Source: Candidatus Zhuqueibacterota bacterium (GTDB lineage: Bacteria > Zhuqueibacterota > Zhuqueibacteria > Oleimicrobiales > Geothermoviventaceae). Taken from it: a stretch of DNA of 64,000 bases. Below, in pieces: positions 9,405 to 19,080 of this stretch. The DNA is taken from NCBI GenBank assembly GCA_034506315.1, contig JAPDPT010000001.1:128295-192294 (forward strand), given 5' to 3'. Each line of letters opens with the position of its first letter. Positions within the stretch are counted from its first letter, which is position 1. A model generated the notes under the pieces. It ran no database searches, was not told the DNA's origin, and worked only from the letters and a program-made list of their open reading frames with translations. The position numbers and the translations under genes were made by a program.

Positions 9405-9695
9405 CCCTACCCCTTGCCACCCCCTCGGCGAAGGTCCGGAAGGGCCAGGAGAGACCCAACCTCGCAGGGACGAAACCAGGGGTAGAACTCCGCACGCCAC
9501 GCCCGGCACACCCAAGTGCGCCGACGTACGGCGATTGTCGCCTTGCCCCTGCCGGACGCCGGAGAGGGGGAAGCGATCAAGGCACAGCGAGGGGTCTCTG
9601 TCCAAGGGAGGCCGCAGCCGAACGTACGTGGCTGGGAAGGGGCTATTCTCCCTCCCAGACGATCGCACAAGACTGCGGCGCGGAGAAAAGCGCCG

Positions 9696-11642
9696 TCACT
9701 CCGAGGGCAACGGGCAGTTGGGGACGCGTTTCCCGAAGGCAAGGAGGAGCAGGGTGAGCAGGCCTATGCCGCTCAGCAAACCCAGCCCGGCAGGAAACCC
9801 AAAGCCGCAGGGAAGATAGCAGGTCACCAGCGACACGGCCGCCGCGAGGAGTGCGTAAAGGAGCTGCGTGCGCACATGGTCAATGTGGTCGGCTGCAGAA
9901 GCCATCGAAGACATGATCGTCGTGTCGGAGATGGGCGAGCAGTGGTCCCCAAATACGCTGCCGGACAGCACAGCGCCCACGCTTGCCACCAGAATCCTCT
10001 CGGAGGCCGCCGGCGGAACCGAGGCCAGGAGGCACAACTTGTGGGCCATGGGCACGGCTATGGGCACGAGGATCGCCATGGTAGCCCAGGAGGTCCCCGT
10101 GGCGAAGCTCGTGAAGGCCGCCACGACGAACACCACCGCAGGGAGGAGGGGAGGCGACAAGACGCCTTTCGCCAGCTGGATCACATAGTCGGCCGCGTGC
10201 AGGTCCGCACAGACCTTGCCAATGGCCCAGGCCAGGACAAGGATCACCATGGCAAGGACCATAGCCCGCACGCCCGCGAGCCAGGATTCGAGGGCCTGGG
10301 CAAGGGTGAGGATCCGCTGCCCCACCGCAAGCCCGATGGCTGAAACGGCCGCCAAAAAGGAAGCCCACATAAGCACGTGGAAGGAGTTGGCCGCCCCTAC
10401 AATTTGGCCCACTCTCGCGGTCCGGGCTGCCGCGCCCAGCTCGCTGCGACCGCTCAGATAGAGCCCCAGGAACGTCGTGGCGATCATCAGGAGGATGGGC
10501 ACAAGGGCGTTCCACCACCGCGCATCTTCGGCGGAAACCGGCGTGGCTTCGAACGATGCTGCGTCGGAGATCGGCTGAGCCCCGTCCCGCAGCACCTTTC
10601 CGGTGGTCGCGGCGCGATATTCAGCCTTCCACATCGGACCGAGGTCGCGGAGAGACAAGGCGACCATCGCCACCAGAGCGATCGCCAGAAGGCTGTAGGC
10701 GGACAGAGGGATGGAGCGCAGGAACAGGATGTAAGGGTCTTGGCCCAGACCCAGAGCCTTTAGCGCCGAGTCGATCAGCCCGACTTGGAAACCCACCCAA
10801 GTGGAGACCAGCGCCACGGAGGCCACGGGAGCGGCTGTACTGTCCACGATGTAGCTCAGCTTCTCACGGGAGATCCGCATTCGGTCCGTGAAGGGGCGCA
10901 TCGTATTTCCGACGATCAGGGTGTTGGCGTAGTCGTCGAAGAACACGAGCACGCCGAGGGCCCAAACTGCCAGCTGCGCCCCGCGCCGTCCCCCTCCCCA
11001 GCGCGAGATGCTCTGCACGATGCCCTGCATTCCCCCCGATCGCGACACCACTCCGACCATCCCGCCAAGGGTCATGCTGAAAAGGACGATCGCCACATGG
11101 TCCGGGTCCGCAAGAGCCTCGATTACGTAGTGATCAAGGGTCCGCAGAAGCCCGGCGAAGGGGTTGTAGGCCTGCAGAAAGGTTACCCCGAGCCAGGTGC
11201 CCACCAGCAAAGCCACCAGTACCTGCCTGGTCGCTAAGGCAAGGGCAATTGCCACAAGCGGCGGCAGTATGCTCAGCACGCCGGGCAGCACAAGGACCTG
11301 GGCCTCAACGGTCTGGCCATTCCAGGTGATGCGGAGGGAGCGCTTTCCCAGGTGTCGCACCGTCAGGGCACGCAGCAGGACCTCTCCGGGCGACGGGAAC
11401 AGGGCTTCCTCCGGCCGAAGCGCAATCTGCGCGCCCCCGGCCACGTCCGCCACCCGCAAGCCGTCGAGTGATGCGCCCCGAGGCGAGTCCGCTACCGCCA
11501 CACCGCGAACCCGAACGTCAAAGGGCACTCCCCGCAGCACTGCACGGGGCAGTTCTACCTGCAGGGTTTGCTCCGGGGCACCTGCGGTGACTTCCGGCAA
11601 TGCCAGCACGAGAATGAGCAGGAAATGGCCAGCCCTTGACAT
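9696..11642 (-). CDS. nhaC: Na+/H+ antiporter NhaC-family membrane transporter with an N-terminal extracytoplasmic domain.
   Basis: GVLVFFDDYANTLIVGNTMRPFTDRMRISREKLSYIVDSTAAPVASVALVSTWVGFQ is diagnostic of the NhaC family. There are multiple TM segments. A signal-like N-terminus (MSRAGHFLLILVLALPEVTAGA) precedes a domain of about 150 aa. The start was trimmed from the 712-aa ORF to ATG at 11642. Confidence 0.85.
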   Translation of the reverse strand: MSRAGHFLLILVLALPEVTAGAPEQTLQVELPRAVLRGVPFDVRVRGVAVADSPRGASLDGLRVADVAGGAQIALRPEEALFPSPGEVLLRALTVRHLGKRSLRITWNGQTVEAQVLVLPGVLSILPPLVAIALALATRQVLVALLVGTWLGVTFLQAYNPFAGLLRTLDHYVIEALADPDHVAIVLFSMTLGGMVGVVSRSGGMQGIVQSISRWGGGRRGAQLAVWALGVLVFFDDYANTLIVGNTMRPFTDRMRISREKLSYIVDSTAAPVASVALVSTWVGFQVGLIDSALKALGLGQDPYILFLRSIPLSAYSLLAIALVAMVALSLRDLGPMWKAEYRAATTGKVLRDGAQPISDAASFEATPVSAEDARWWNALVPILLMIATTFLGLYLSGRSELGAAARTARVGQIVGAANSFHVLMWASFLAAVSAIGLAVGQRILTLAQALESWLAGVRAMVLAMVILVLAWAIGKVCADLHAADYVIQLAKGVLSPPLLPAVVFVVAAFTSFATGTSWATMAILVPIAVPMAHKLCLLASVPPAASERILVASVGAVLSGSVFGDHCSPISDTTIMSSMASAADHIDHVRTQLLYALLAAAVSLVTCYLPCGFGFPAGLGLLSGIGLLTLLLLAFGKRVPNCPLPSE

Positions 11643-11924
11643 CGTGTTGCCCTTCCAAGCGTGACGGTCCCGGTACTGGCGCGAATTTAGAGAATGGAGG
11701 GTGGGGAGACAAACGGAAATCCCGAACCCGGCGGGGACTAGCCTCGCCAGCCCAGGGCGTGGTGGTGCCTCAACAGGAGGGGGGCTAGAGGGGCCGATGG
11801 GGCAGATGGGCAGGTCCGGCTTTCGCCTTGACATTTAGAGGGGAATTGGCTAAAATCGCACCGGCCTGATTTGTCGGTGCAGCAGCCCGTTCGCAAATGC
11901 ACTCAATGCGCAGAGGAGGATCCC

Positions 11925-12818
11925 ATGGAGAGGGCGTCCACCGAAGGGATGAAGCCCACGCTTTCGCAAAGCTTCCTCGGCTTGCTCATTGATTCGCTCG
12001 CCTTTGCCATCTACTTCAGCGTGGCTTACCTTGTCATCTCCAAGTTCTACAAGATCCACTGGATCTTAGGTCTCATCTATCTGATTCCCTTCGTCTGGGG
12101 TTATTTCCTTTTCCTCGTGGGCCCGTTGGCGGAAGACGGCCAGACGCCGGGCCAGCGCTCCACCAACACCCTCGTCTTCCGTAAGGATGGGAAGGAATAC
12201 AAGAAAGATGGCTCCACGGGCGGCATCGGATACACACGGTCCACCCTTGTCTGGGTTATCAGTCGAGGGATCTTCCCCGCTCTCGGCGCTATCGTGCTCT
12301 TCACGAACTTCTCCTACGCGAACCTGATCCTCGTGGTCGTGGTCTACCTGCTGTCGCTGCTTCTGTTCGCCACGGTGGAGGACAGCCTGTTCGGCCTGAG
12401 CAAAGTGCACTTTGCGCGTGAGTCGGCGGTGCGGGCCACCGTCAGAGGCTTCTTCGAGAAAAGCAAGCTCCCTCGGCCTCAACTTCCCAGTCACGCGGCC
12501 CTTATCCCGTATCTTATGCTGGTCGGAGGCTTGTTCATCGCGATCTACGGCGCGCTGAAGTACCAGGTGAACCATCAAGCCGCGATCGCAGGGATTGTCA
12601 TCGGCATCCTGTCGATAGGGGTGGGCCAGAGCCTTCTCAACGTGCGGAGATGGTCCCGCTGGGTCGCCGTCGTCTTTCTGGTCGCGGCGGCGGTGGTGAC
12701 GTTTCTCTACAGCTTTAGCCCGATCCAAACGGCCGTTACGACCTTCCTCTGCCTCGTGTTCATCTTGGACCTGGTGGCCAATCCCAGCGTGGCAAATGCC
12801 TTCCGTTCGGTGAGCTGA
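11925..12818 (+). CDS. RDD-family membrane protein.
   Basis: RBS GAGGAGG lies 6 nt before ATG 11925. The polytopic membrane protein carries GQTPGQRSTNTLVFRKDG, matching the RDD-domain signature (GQT.GK+..G..VV). Confidence 0.6.
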   Translation: MERASTEGMKPTLSQSFLGLLIDSLAFAIYFSVAYLVISKFYKIHWILGLIYLIPFVWGYFLFLVGPLAEDGQTPGQRSTNTLVFRKDGKEYKKDGSTGGIGYTRSTLVWVISRGIFPALGAIVLFTNFSYANLILVVVVYLLSLLLFATVEDSLFGLSKVHFARESAVRATVRGFFEKSKLPRPQLPSHAALIPYLMLVGGLFIAIYGALKYQVNHQAAIAGIVIGILSIGVGQSLLNVRRWSRWVAVVFLVAAAVVTFLYSFSPIQTAVTTFLCLVFILDLVANPSVANAFRSVS

Positions 12819-12880
12819 AGGCGGCAGGTTTTGGGTCAGGTCGGGTTTAGAGGGCGACCCCGGCAGGGTCGCCCTTTTCG

Positions 12881-13525
12881 TTAGTGGAAGTAAGGCCCGT
12901 CGAGGTCGATCTCCGAGATTCTGCCCACGTAGTAGTCCGCCCCCGCCAGATCCGGAAGCGGCAGGGTAGAAAGGACGACCAGACAGCGCATCCCCGCAGC
13001 CTTGGCTGCCCGGATCCCCATGGGCGCGTTCTCAATGACCAGGCACTCCTCGGGCCGCACTCCGAGCCGTTTCGCAGCTTCCAGGAACGGGTCCGGATGG
13101 GGTTTGCCGCGCGGGATGTCCTCGCTGGTGAGAACCACATCGAAACGGTCGAGAAGCTCGCGGCCCACGGCCGCCTCCATGTTCGAGCGGATGGAACCGG
13201 TCACGAGGGCCGTCTTGTAATCGCGCTCCTTCAGGCGCTCGAGAAGCTCCTGTACCCCCTCATAAGCTTTCGCTCGGGTGGTCTTTTGGTAGTGCTCCCT
13301 CTTGGCTCGTACGAGTTCGCGCAGCCGCTCCTCCGGGAGCTGGAGGCCATTCTTGGCGAGAATGGCGCGCAGGATCTCAATGGCCGGTTGGCCCTCATTG
13401 AGAGCAATGTCCCGCGGATCCACCTGGATGCCGAGGGGTGAAAGGACGTGCTGCCAGGAACGGGCGTGACTGTCGAGGGTTTTCGCCACCACTCCGTCGA
13501 AATCGAAAAGTACCGCTCGAATCAA
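12881..13525 (-). CDS. HAD-superfamily hydrolase (subfamily IA, beta-phosphoglucomutase-like phosphatase).
   Basis: MIRAVLFDFDGVVAKT is HAD motif I (DxDG). The downstream motifs ALVTGS and the C-terminal ENAPMGIRAAKAAGM are also present. Confidence 0.85.
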   Translation of the reverse strand: MIRAVLFDFDGVVAKTLDSHARSWQHVLSPLGIQVDPRDIALNEGQPAIEILRAILAKNGLQLPEERLRELVRAKREHYQKTTRAKAYEGVQELLERLKERDYKTALVTGSIRSNMEAAVGRELLDRFDVVLTSEDIPRGKPHPDPFLEAAKRLGVRPEECLVIENAPMGIRAAKAAGMRCLVVLSTLPLPDLAGADYYVGRISEIDLDGPYFH

Positions 13526-14898
13526 GCGATCTCCTCCAGTCGTGCCGTGAAGTGTCTGAGAATCGGTGCCTCGTAGACGATGCGCAAACCCCGGATCTCG
13601 TCGCGCTTCCGGTAAAGGTCAATGATCGATTCCGCCACGTAGTTCATGTGCATGGTCGTGTAGACGCGGCGGGGGATGGCCAGACGCACCAGCTCAAGCT
13701 CCGGATAGATGGTCTCCCCCGTCTTCGGGTCCTTTCGGGCGAACATCAAGCTGCCGATCTCTACGGCGCGGATGCCGTACTCCCGGTACAGAGCCACCAC
13801 AAGCGCCTGCCCAGGGAACTGCGACTGCGGCACGTGGGGCAGAAAAGCCTTGGCGTCGATGTAGACGGCGTGTCCACCGACCGGGCGCACGATGGGAATA
13901 CCGGCCTCCTGCAGCAGATGCCCTAGATACCTCACCTGGCCAATGCGGAAGCTCAGGTAGTCCTCGTCGAGCACCTCCTGGAGACCCCGCGCCATGGCCT
14001 CCAGATCGCGCCCGGCCAGTCCGCCGTAGGTCGGAAACCCTTCCACAAGGATGAGGAGCTGGGTAGCCTTTTCCGCCCACTCGTCGTTGTTCAAGGCCAG
14101 AAAGCCGCCGATGTTTACAAGCCCGTCCTTCTTAGCGCTCATCGTGCAGCCATCGGCATAGCTGAAGAGCTCGCGGGCAATCTCTCGCACGCTCTTGTGT
14201 GCGTAGCCCGGCTCCCGCTCCTTGATGAAGTAGCAATTCTCCGCGAACCGGCACGCATCGAGGATCAGCGGAATGCCGTAACGACTCAGCACCTGTCGGG
14301 TTTGGCGCACGTTCGCCATCGAGACGGGCTGTCCGCCGGCACTGTTGTTGGTCACCGTCAGCATGGCCAGCGGGACTCGCTCTGGGCCCACCTCTTCGAT
14401 TAGGCGCTCCAACTTCGATACATCGATATTCCCCTTGAAGGGGTGTTCTGCGTAAGGATCCTTCCCCTCGTCGATTACCAGATCGACCGCGATGCCGCCC
14501 TTGTGCTCGACGTTCGCGCGGGTCGTATCGAAATGGATGTTATTCGGGACGTAATCGCCGGGCTTTACGGCCACCGAGAACAGGAGATTCTCCGCCATCC
14601 GTCCCTGGTGGGTTGGGATCACGTGCCGGAAGCCGAAGATCTCCCGGACCGTGGCCTCGAAGTGGTAGTAGTTCCGGCTCCCGGCGTAGCTCTCATCGCC
14701 CAGCATCATCCCCGACCACTGGTTGTCGCTCATGGCGGAGGTGCCGCTGTCGGTGAGCAAATCGATATAGATGCTCTCGGCCGGAAGATTGAACACATTG
14801 TATCCGGCCTCCCGAATGAGCCGGTCCCGTTCCTCGCGCGTGGTCTTGCGGATGGGCTCCACTACTTTGATCTTGAACGGCTCGGCCGGGAAGAGCAT
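13522..14898 (-). CDS. tnaA: Tryptophanase / tyrosine phenol-lyase family PLP-dependent beta-eliminating lyase.
   Basis: MLFPAEPFKIKVVEPIRKTTREERDRLIREAGYNVFNLPAESIYIDLLTDSGTSAMSDNQWSGMMLGDESYAGSRNYYHFEATV... is strongly diagnostic of TnaA/Tpl. The start was chosen at ATG 14898, preceded by GGAGGAGG; the upstream GTG at 14928 lacks an RBS. TnaA cannot be distinguished from Tpl by eye. Confidence 0.85.
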   Translation of the reverse strand: MLFPAEPFKIKVVEPIRKTTREERDRLIREAGYNVFNLPAESIYIDLLTDSGTSAMSDNQWSGMMLGDESYAGSRNYYHFEATVREIFGFRHVIPTHQGRMAENLLFSVAVKPGDYVPNNIHFDTTRANVEHKGGIAVDLVIDEGKDPYAEHPFKGNIDVSKLERLIEEVGPERVPLAMLTVTNNSAGGQPVSMANVRQTRQVLSRYGIPLILDACRFAENCYFIKEREPGYAHKSVREIARELFSYADGCTMSAKKDGLVNIGGFLALNNDEWAEKATQLLILVEGFPTYGGLAGRDLEAMARGLQEVLDEDYLSFRIGQVRYLGHLLQEAGIPIVRPVGGHAVYIDAKAFLPHVPQSQFPGQALVVALYREYGIRAVEIGSLMFARKDPKTGETIYPELELVRLAIPRRVYTTMHMNYVAESIIDLYRKRDEIRGLRIVYEAPILRHFTARLEEIA

Positions 14899-14968
14899 AG
14901 CCTCCTCCGCTTCACGTTCGCAAGCCACTTTCGGCTCAGGCTGGCAGGCCTCGTACGGCCGGCAGCCT

Positions 14969-15499
14969 TCACGCCTTCAGGGAATCAAAGCACATAAAAT
15001 CTGCGTGGTGGACGAGGACCGCTTCGGGGCTGCGATAGCCGCCGTCTCCTTCCTTGGCGTGCGTGGCGATGATGTGCACAACCTGCTCAGGCAAGCCGTG
15101 CTTGGTCGCCAAACCCGCCCCGCTGAACGGGTGACGCAGAAGGCGTCCCTGTGGGCTCCTCTCCACTCCCGTCTGGCCACGATGAAACTCCAGGAGCTTG
15201 CCGACGTCGTGCAGCAAGGCTCCGGCGATCAGGTGATCCATGTCCAGCCCAGAGAATCCCAGCGCCTGCCTGAGCACCTGAGCGCCAGCCCGCGCGATTT
15301 GCGTCACCGCGCGCGTGTGCGCAACGAGGCTCACTTGGGTCCCCGGGATCAACAGGGTGAAGGGGATGTTCTCCAGCTCCTGGACTTCCCATCCTCCTTC
15401 CCGAACGGCTTCCTCCCAGACGGCCAGTACCTTATCCTGGAGGGACCGGTCCTGGATCCACTCCAGCTCAGGGAACAGGGCTCTGAGCTTGTCGCGCAT
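14969..15499 (-). CDS. HD-domain (HDIG-type) phosphohydrolase.
   Basis: 176 aa with LLHDVGKLLEF (HD motif) and the downstream ATHAKEGDGGYRSPEAVLVHHADFMCFD (second His/Asp cluster). Confidence 0.7.
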   Translation of the reverse strand: MRDKLRALFPELEWIQDRSLQDKVLAVWEEAVREGGWEVQELENIPFTLLIPGTQVSLVAHTRAVTQIARAGAQVLRQALGFSGLDMDHLIAGALLHDVGKLLEFHRGQTGVERSPQGRLLRHPFSGAGLATKHGLPEQVVHIIATHAKEGDGGYRSPEAVLVHHADFMCFDSLKA

Positions 15500-15557
15500 T
15501 CTTTCCTCCCCGCGGGATGAACAGACTGCCAGCTGACCACCTCCGCAGCCCGTGCCC

Positions 15558-16259
15558 TTACAGAAGGGCTTTGAAATCGCGCACGGCGCGGTCGATCCCT
15601 ACCAACAGGGCGCGGTTCAGAATGGCGGCCCCGACGTGCACCTCCTCGATCTGCTCGATGGCGACCAGGTCGGTGATGTTGCTGTAATCGAGTCCGCCGC
15701 TGGCCGCCACCCCGAGACCCAGTTTCTGGGCGGCCACGGCCGCGTTCCGGATGCGTTCCAGCTCCTCCTCCACGATGCTCACCTCGTCGGAACGGGCGTA
15801 GTACCAGGAGAGGATCTCCACGAAGTCGGCTCCGCAGCGGGCCGCCGCCTTGATCTGTCGGACGTCGGGGTCGACCAGTACGCTGACCACGATGCCGTTG
15901 GCCTTGAGGCTGGCTACCATGTCCTGAAGGTAGTCGCCGGTGGAGGCTACGTCCAGCCCGCCCATTTCGCCGTGCCCATCGGGGACGAAGGTGACCATGT
16001 CGGGCAGGAGGGCGATCGCCTTTTTCAGCAGGTCCTCGTTGGGCGCGATCCGCAGGTTGAAGTGGGAGCGGACCATCTCGCGCAGCAGGTCTACATCCCG
16101 CTCCTTGATTTCTCGGCGGTCCTCGCGCAGCTGGACCGTAATCCCATCCACCCCTGCCAGCTCGGCCTGGAGGGCCACGGCCACGGGATCCGGGTCCCGG
16201 GACTTCCTCAGTTCGCGGATTGCCGCCACGAAGTCGACGATAAGCGAAAGCCTGGCCAT
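15558..16259 (-). CDS. pdxJ: Pyridoxine 5'-phosphate synthase.
   Basis: MARLSLIVDFVAAIRELRKSRDPDPVAVALQAELAGVDGITVQLREDRREI... aligns with PdxJ along its full length of 233 aa. Confidence 0.9.
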   Translation of the reverse strand: MARLSLIVDFVAAIRELRKSRDPDPVAVALQAELAGVDGITVQLREDRREIKERDVDLLREMVRSHFNLRIAPNEDLLKKAIALLPDMVTFVPDGHGEMGGLDVASTGDYLQDMVASLKANGIVVSVLVDPDVRQIKAAARCGADFVEILSWYYARSDEVSIVEEELERIRNAAVAAQKLGLGVAASGGLDYSNITDLVAIEQIEEVHVGAAILNRALLVGIDRAVRDFKALL

Positions 16260-16272
16260 TCGTTCCTCCCTC

Positions 16273-17382
16273 TCAGTTCGCCAGTTCCGACGCGAAAACG
16301 AAACGAACCCCTTGCTCTGCCAGCTTCGGCATCTGCTCCAGCAGCACGTTCAGCGTGCTCTCCCGCGGATGAGCGATCACCGCGATGCCGTTCCCGGACG
16401 AGGATTTCCCCACCAGCTCCCACAGACGGCTGCGGATCCAATCTTCGTCGTCTCGGGCATCCAGGAAGCCCGCGCTTTGCAGGGCGCGCAGACCCACGCG
16501 CCGTGCCGCCAGGTAGCCCTTGCTCTCTGGCGAGGTGCGGCTGTCGAGGAAGAACACGTTCTTCGCTTTGAGTTCCTCCATGACAGCCAGCATCGTCGGC
16601 AGGCTCGCCGTAGCCCTCGAGCCTTCGTGGTTGTTCAGGCCCTTCGCGTAGGGTACAGCGGCAAGGGCTTTGCGCACGCGCTCGGCAACCTCCCGCGGGG
16701 AATGGGAGCTACGAATGGCGTAGCCACGATCCTCCACATCCCCGTGTTCCGGCTCCATCGGCATGTGGACGATCACCTCTTTGCCGGCCCGATGCACTCG
16801 CTCCGCCACTTCCGTGGTGCGCTTTAGCCCCGGTATCACCGCAACGGTGAACTTGTAGGGCAGCTGCAGTAGCGCTTCAAACTCGCGACTCATGCCGTAG
16901 CCCGCGTCATCCAGAACAAGGGCGACCGTGGCAAGCCGGGTGGGCACCTCGCGCTCGCTCGCGGCAATGATTCGCCCCTGCGCCTCTCCCTTCCGCCCGA
17001 ACACGATTTCCAGGCGAGGAGGGTGCGTTTCTTCCTTCGCAAGGAGAATCTCAAGCTTCGCCCTCTTGAGGGCCTCTTCGATCTCCCGGTGTAAAGGCGG
17101 TAAGGGTGTTCCCCGCGGCAGCTCCACCTGCAGCCGGTCGCCCGTACGGATCCAGCGGGCTTGGGGTATTCCGCTGGCCTGGAGGGCGCGGTAGACAGCT
17201 TGCCAGGGGTCTTCCGCAGGCGCAGGCTGGACCTCTTGCCTTGTTGCTGCGAGGTGGCGGTCCAGCGCGTAGAGGATCACGGCAGAGGCGGTGAGGCAAA
17301 GGATCCAGAACCACTTTGGGGCCTGCGGAAGCCGAGAGCAGGCGGCTTTTCTTTCGTGCGGCGTCGGGTGCCGTCTCCGCAT
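16273..17382 (-). CDS. Divergent polysaccharide deacetylase family protein (YibQ-like).
   Basis: N-terminal TM segment. ATVALVLDDAGYGMSREFEALLQLPYKFTVAVIPGLKRTTEVAERVHRAGKEVIVHMPMEPEHG matches the YibQ/DUF610 divergent deacetylase pattern. Confidence 0.75.
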   Translation of the reverse strand: MRRRHPTPHERKAACSRLPQAPKWFWILCLTASAVILYALDRHLAATRQEVQPAPAEDPWQAVYRALQASGIPQARWIRTGDRLQVELPRGTPLPPLHREIEEALKRAKLEILLAKEETHPPRLEIVFGRKGEAQGRIIAASEREVPTRLATVALVLDDAGYGMSREFEALLQLPYKFTVAVIPGLKRTTEVAERVHRAGKEVIVHMPMEPEHGDVEDRGYAIRSSHSPREVAERVRKALAAVPYAKGLNNHEGSRATASLPTMLAVMEELKAKNVFFLDSRTSPESKGYLAARRVGLRALQSAGFLDARDDEDWIRSRLWELVGKSSSGNGIAVIAHPRESTLNVLLEQMPKLAEQGVRFVFASELAN

Positions 17383-17390
17383 TCTGCCCC

Positions 17391-18011
17391 CTACCTACCG
17401 AGCACGGCCTTCAGCACAGACCACGCCGGGGCATCTACCGTGGCTCGGTCCGTCCATCGCCAGATGTACCAGTACGAGGTCGAAGGATCGCGGACCAACC
17501 AGAACTCCGCCCTTCCTTGGCACCGACGCGGGGCGGAGGAAAACCCCTGCGGGAATCCGGCCTCCAGGAGGTACTCCGTAACCAGGAGCCTCTCGCCCCC
17601 TTCGCCGACCTGTTCTCCGATCCTGCTCCACTGCAGTCTCAGGACCGAGTCTTTGGGCACAGCCTGAAACAGCTGCTCTGCGAAGTGCCTCTCCTCTTCG
17701 AGGCCCCATCGTTCGAAGACCCCCGGGAAGGCTGAAGCTGCCGCAGGTTCGGGTTCAAACCGGAAGATCTTCCCGGTGAGGAGGCTGTCCGATAAGCAGC
17801 GAACGTAGTTCACAATGCTACGGTCCGTAAGGGCAGTCCGCAGGTTGCTGAGCACGTCTTCCGGTTGGTACGGAGGTGTCCACTGGGCGCGCGAGGCCGA
17901 AGGAGGCTCAGGCTCTCGAGTGGCAAACGGATTCTTGCATCCGGCGAGCAGGAATGCCAGGCAGCAGATCCAGATCTCAAGCCGCCGGTTCCTCTCATCC
18001 AAGATTCTCAT
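17391..18011 (-). CDS. Hypothetical lipoprotein.
   Basis: N-terminus MRILDERNRRLEIWICCLAFLLAGC with lipobox LAGC. The composition is globular. No family was recognised. Confidence 0.55.
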   Translation of the reverse strand: MRILDERNRRLEIWICCLAFLLAGCKNPFATREPEPPSASRAQWTPPYQPEDVLSNLRTALTDRSIVNYVRCLSDSLLTGKIFRFEPEPAAASAFPGVFERWGLEEERHFAEQLFQAVPKDSVLRLQWSRIGEQVGEGGERLLVTEYLLEAGFPQGFSSAPRRCQGRAEFWLVRDPSTSYWYIWRWTDRATVDAPAWSVLKAVLGR

Positions 18012-18244
18012 GCTCGAACACGAAAGCCCAAGCTGATCCCGAGGTTTCTTTCCCTTGCAGAAATCAATTTACGCCGCACGGCCCTGTGGAGCAAGCCATT
18101 TCCCCGCCTCCTTGCACGGAGGCCTTCCCGCCCGACGGAAGCCGCGGGGAACGGGTGTTAGGCGCCGTCTCATCCGGTAGGTGCTGTCGTCGGGCTTCCC
18201 CGCCCAGCTGCGTCGTGCGCGGGAGGACCGGAGGAAACCGGGCC

Positions 18245-19015
18245 TTAGATACGGATCCGGAGGAAAAGGCCGTGGTCTGTTGGAAAGAGGTTGAAGCGGG
18301 AGGTTCTTCGATGAAGGGCGGAGATGGTCCGCGCGCTGAGGATACCCACCCCTGCGCCAACCGCTACGTCCGTCGGGAAGTGGGTACCGGCTGCTACCCG
18401 GCACGCCGCCACCCCCAGGGCAAGGGAGTAGGCAAGGACCTGAGCCGCCGCACCTAAGGGCAGGCCCGAGGTCTGGCGGAGCAGCTCCGCCGCCGCAAAG
18501 GCCTGGGCAGCGTGCTCCGAGAAGAACGAGGCTCGCGAGTCGCCGTCACCGAGAAGTCTGGCAGGGCAGCGGGGATGGTAGGCGTAGGGGCGGGGGCGCT
18601 GCGTGGCCCACTTACTCCAGGCGGCAAGACCTGTGACCCAGAGCGCTGTTTCCGCGTGCTCCAGCGCCGTCGGTAGGCGCCGGCCCAAGGTACCCGAAAT
18701 CGAGGCCCACAGCGAGAACGCCAACTCCACGACCAGACCCACGTCGCTGGCCACGTCCCACCGCGCCGAGTACCCCCGAACGAAGAAGCGATCGAGGGAA
18801 CAGAGCTCGCCCGGATCCTTCGGGTTCACACCGACGCCCGGAATACTGCTCCGGAGGTACAGCCCGGAGCCCGCGGCCAGAGCCCCTCCTACCAGCAGCG
18901 CCGCCTCCCTGCGCCAGTTCTCCTCTTTCCGGTCCTGGCCCCAAGCCGGCGCCGCAACGAGTGCGATCAGAGCCACCACCCCCAGGCACTGGCAAAGCCA
19001 CCAGCCCCGTGGCAT
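18245..19015 (-). CDS. PAP2-superfamily phosphatase (phosphatidic acid / undecaprenyl-PP phosphatase-like).
   Basis: The 509-aa ORF was trimmed to the internal ATG (MPRGWWLCQ) because the upstream 253 aa are Arg/Pro-rich and overlap the neighbouring gene. The membrane protein carries PAP2 motifs SFFSEHAA and RVAAGTHFPTDVAVGAGVG. Confidence 0.7.
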   Translation of the reverse strand: MPRGWWLCQCLGVVALIALVAAPAWGQDRKEENWRREAALLVGGALAAGSGLYLRSSIPGVGVNPKDPGELCSLDRFFVRGYSARWDVASDVGLVVELAFSLWASISGTLGRRLPTALEHAETALWVTGLAAWSKWATQRPRPYAYHPRCPARLLGDGDSRASFFSEHAAQAFAAAELLRQTSGLPLGAAAQVLAYSLALGVAACRVAAGTHFPTDVAVGAGVGILSARTISALHRRTSRFNLFPTDHGLFLRIRI

Positions 19016-19080
19016 TTCGTAGCCCAGGCTGCCCTCCCGTTCCGTCGCGCTGTGGCCCGCGCCGCCCCTCAGGCTCGCCC

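Noticed and set aside
9516-10343. 275-aa plus-strand ORF, together with other ORFs in the 9.7-11.6 kb interval.
   Set aside because: Antisense to the NhaC transporter gene. The composition is His/Arg/Gly-rich and not protein-like.
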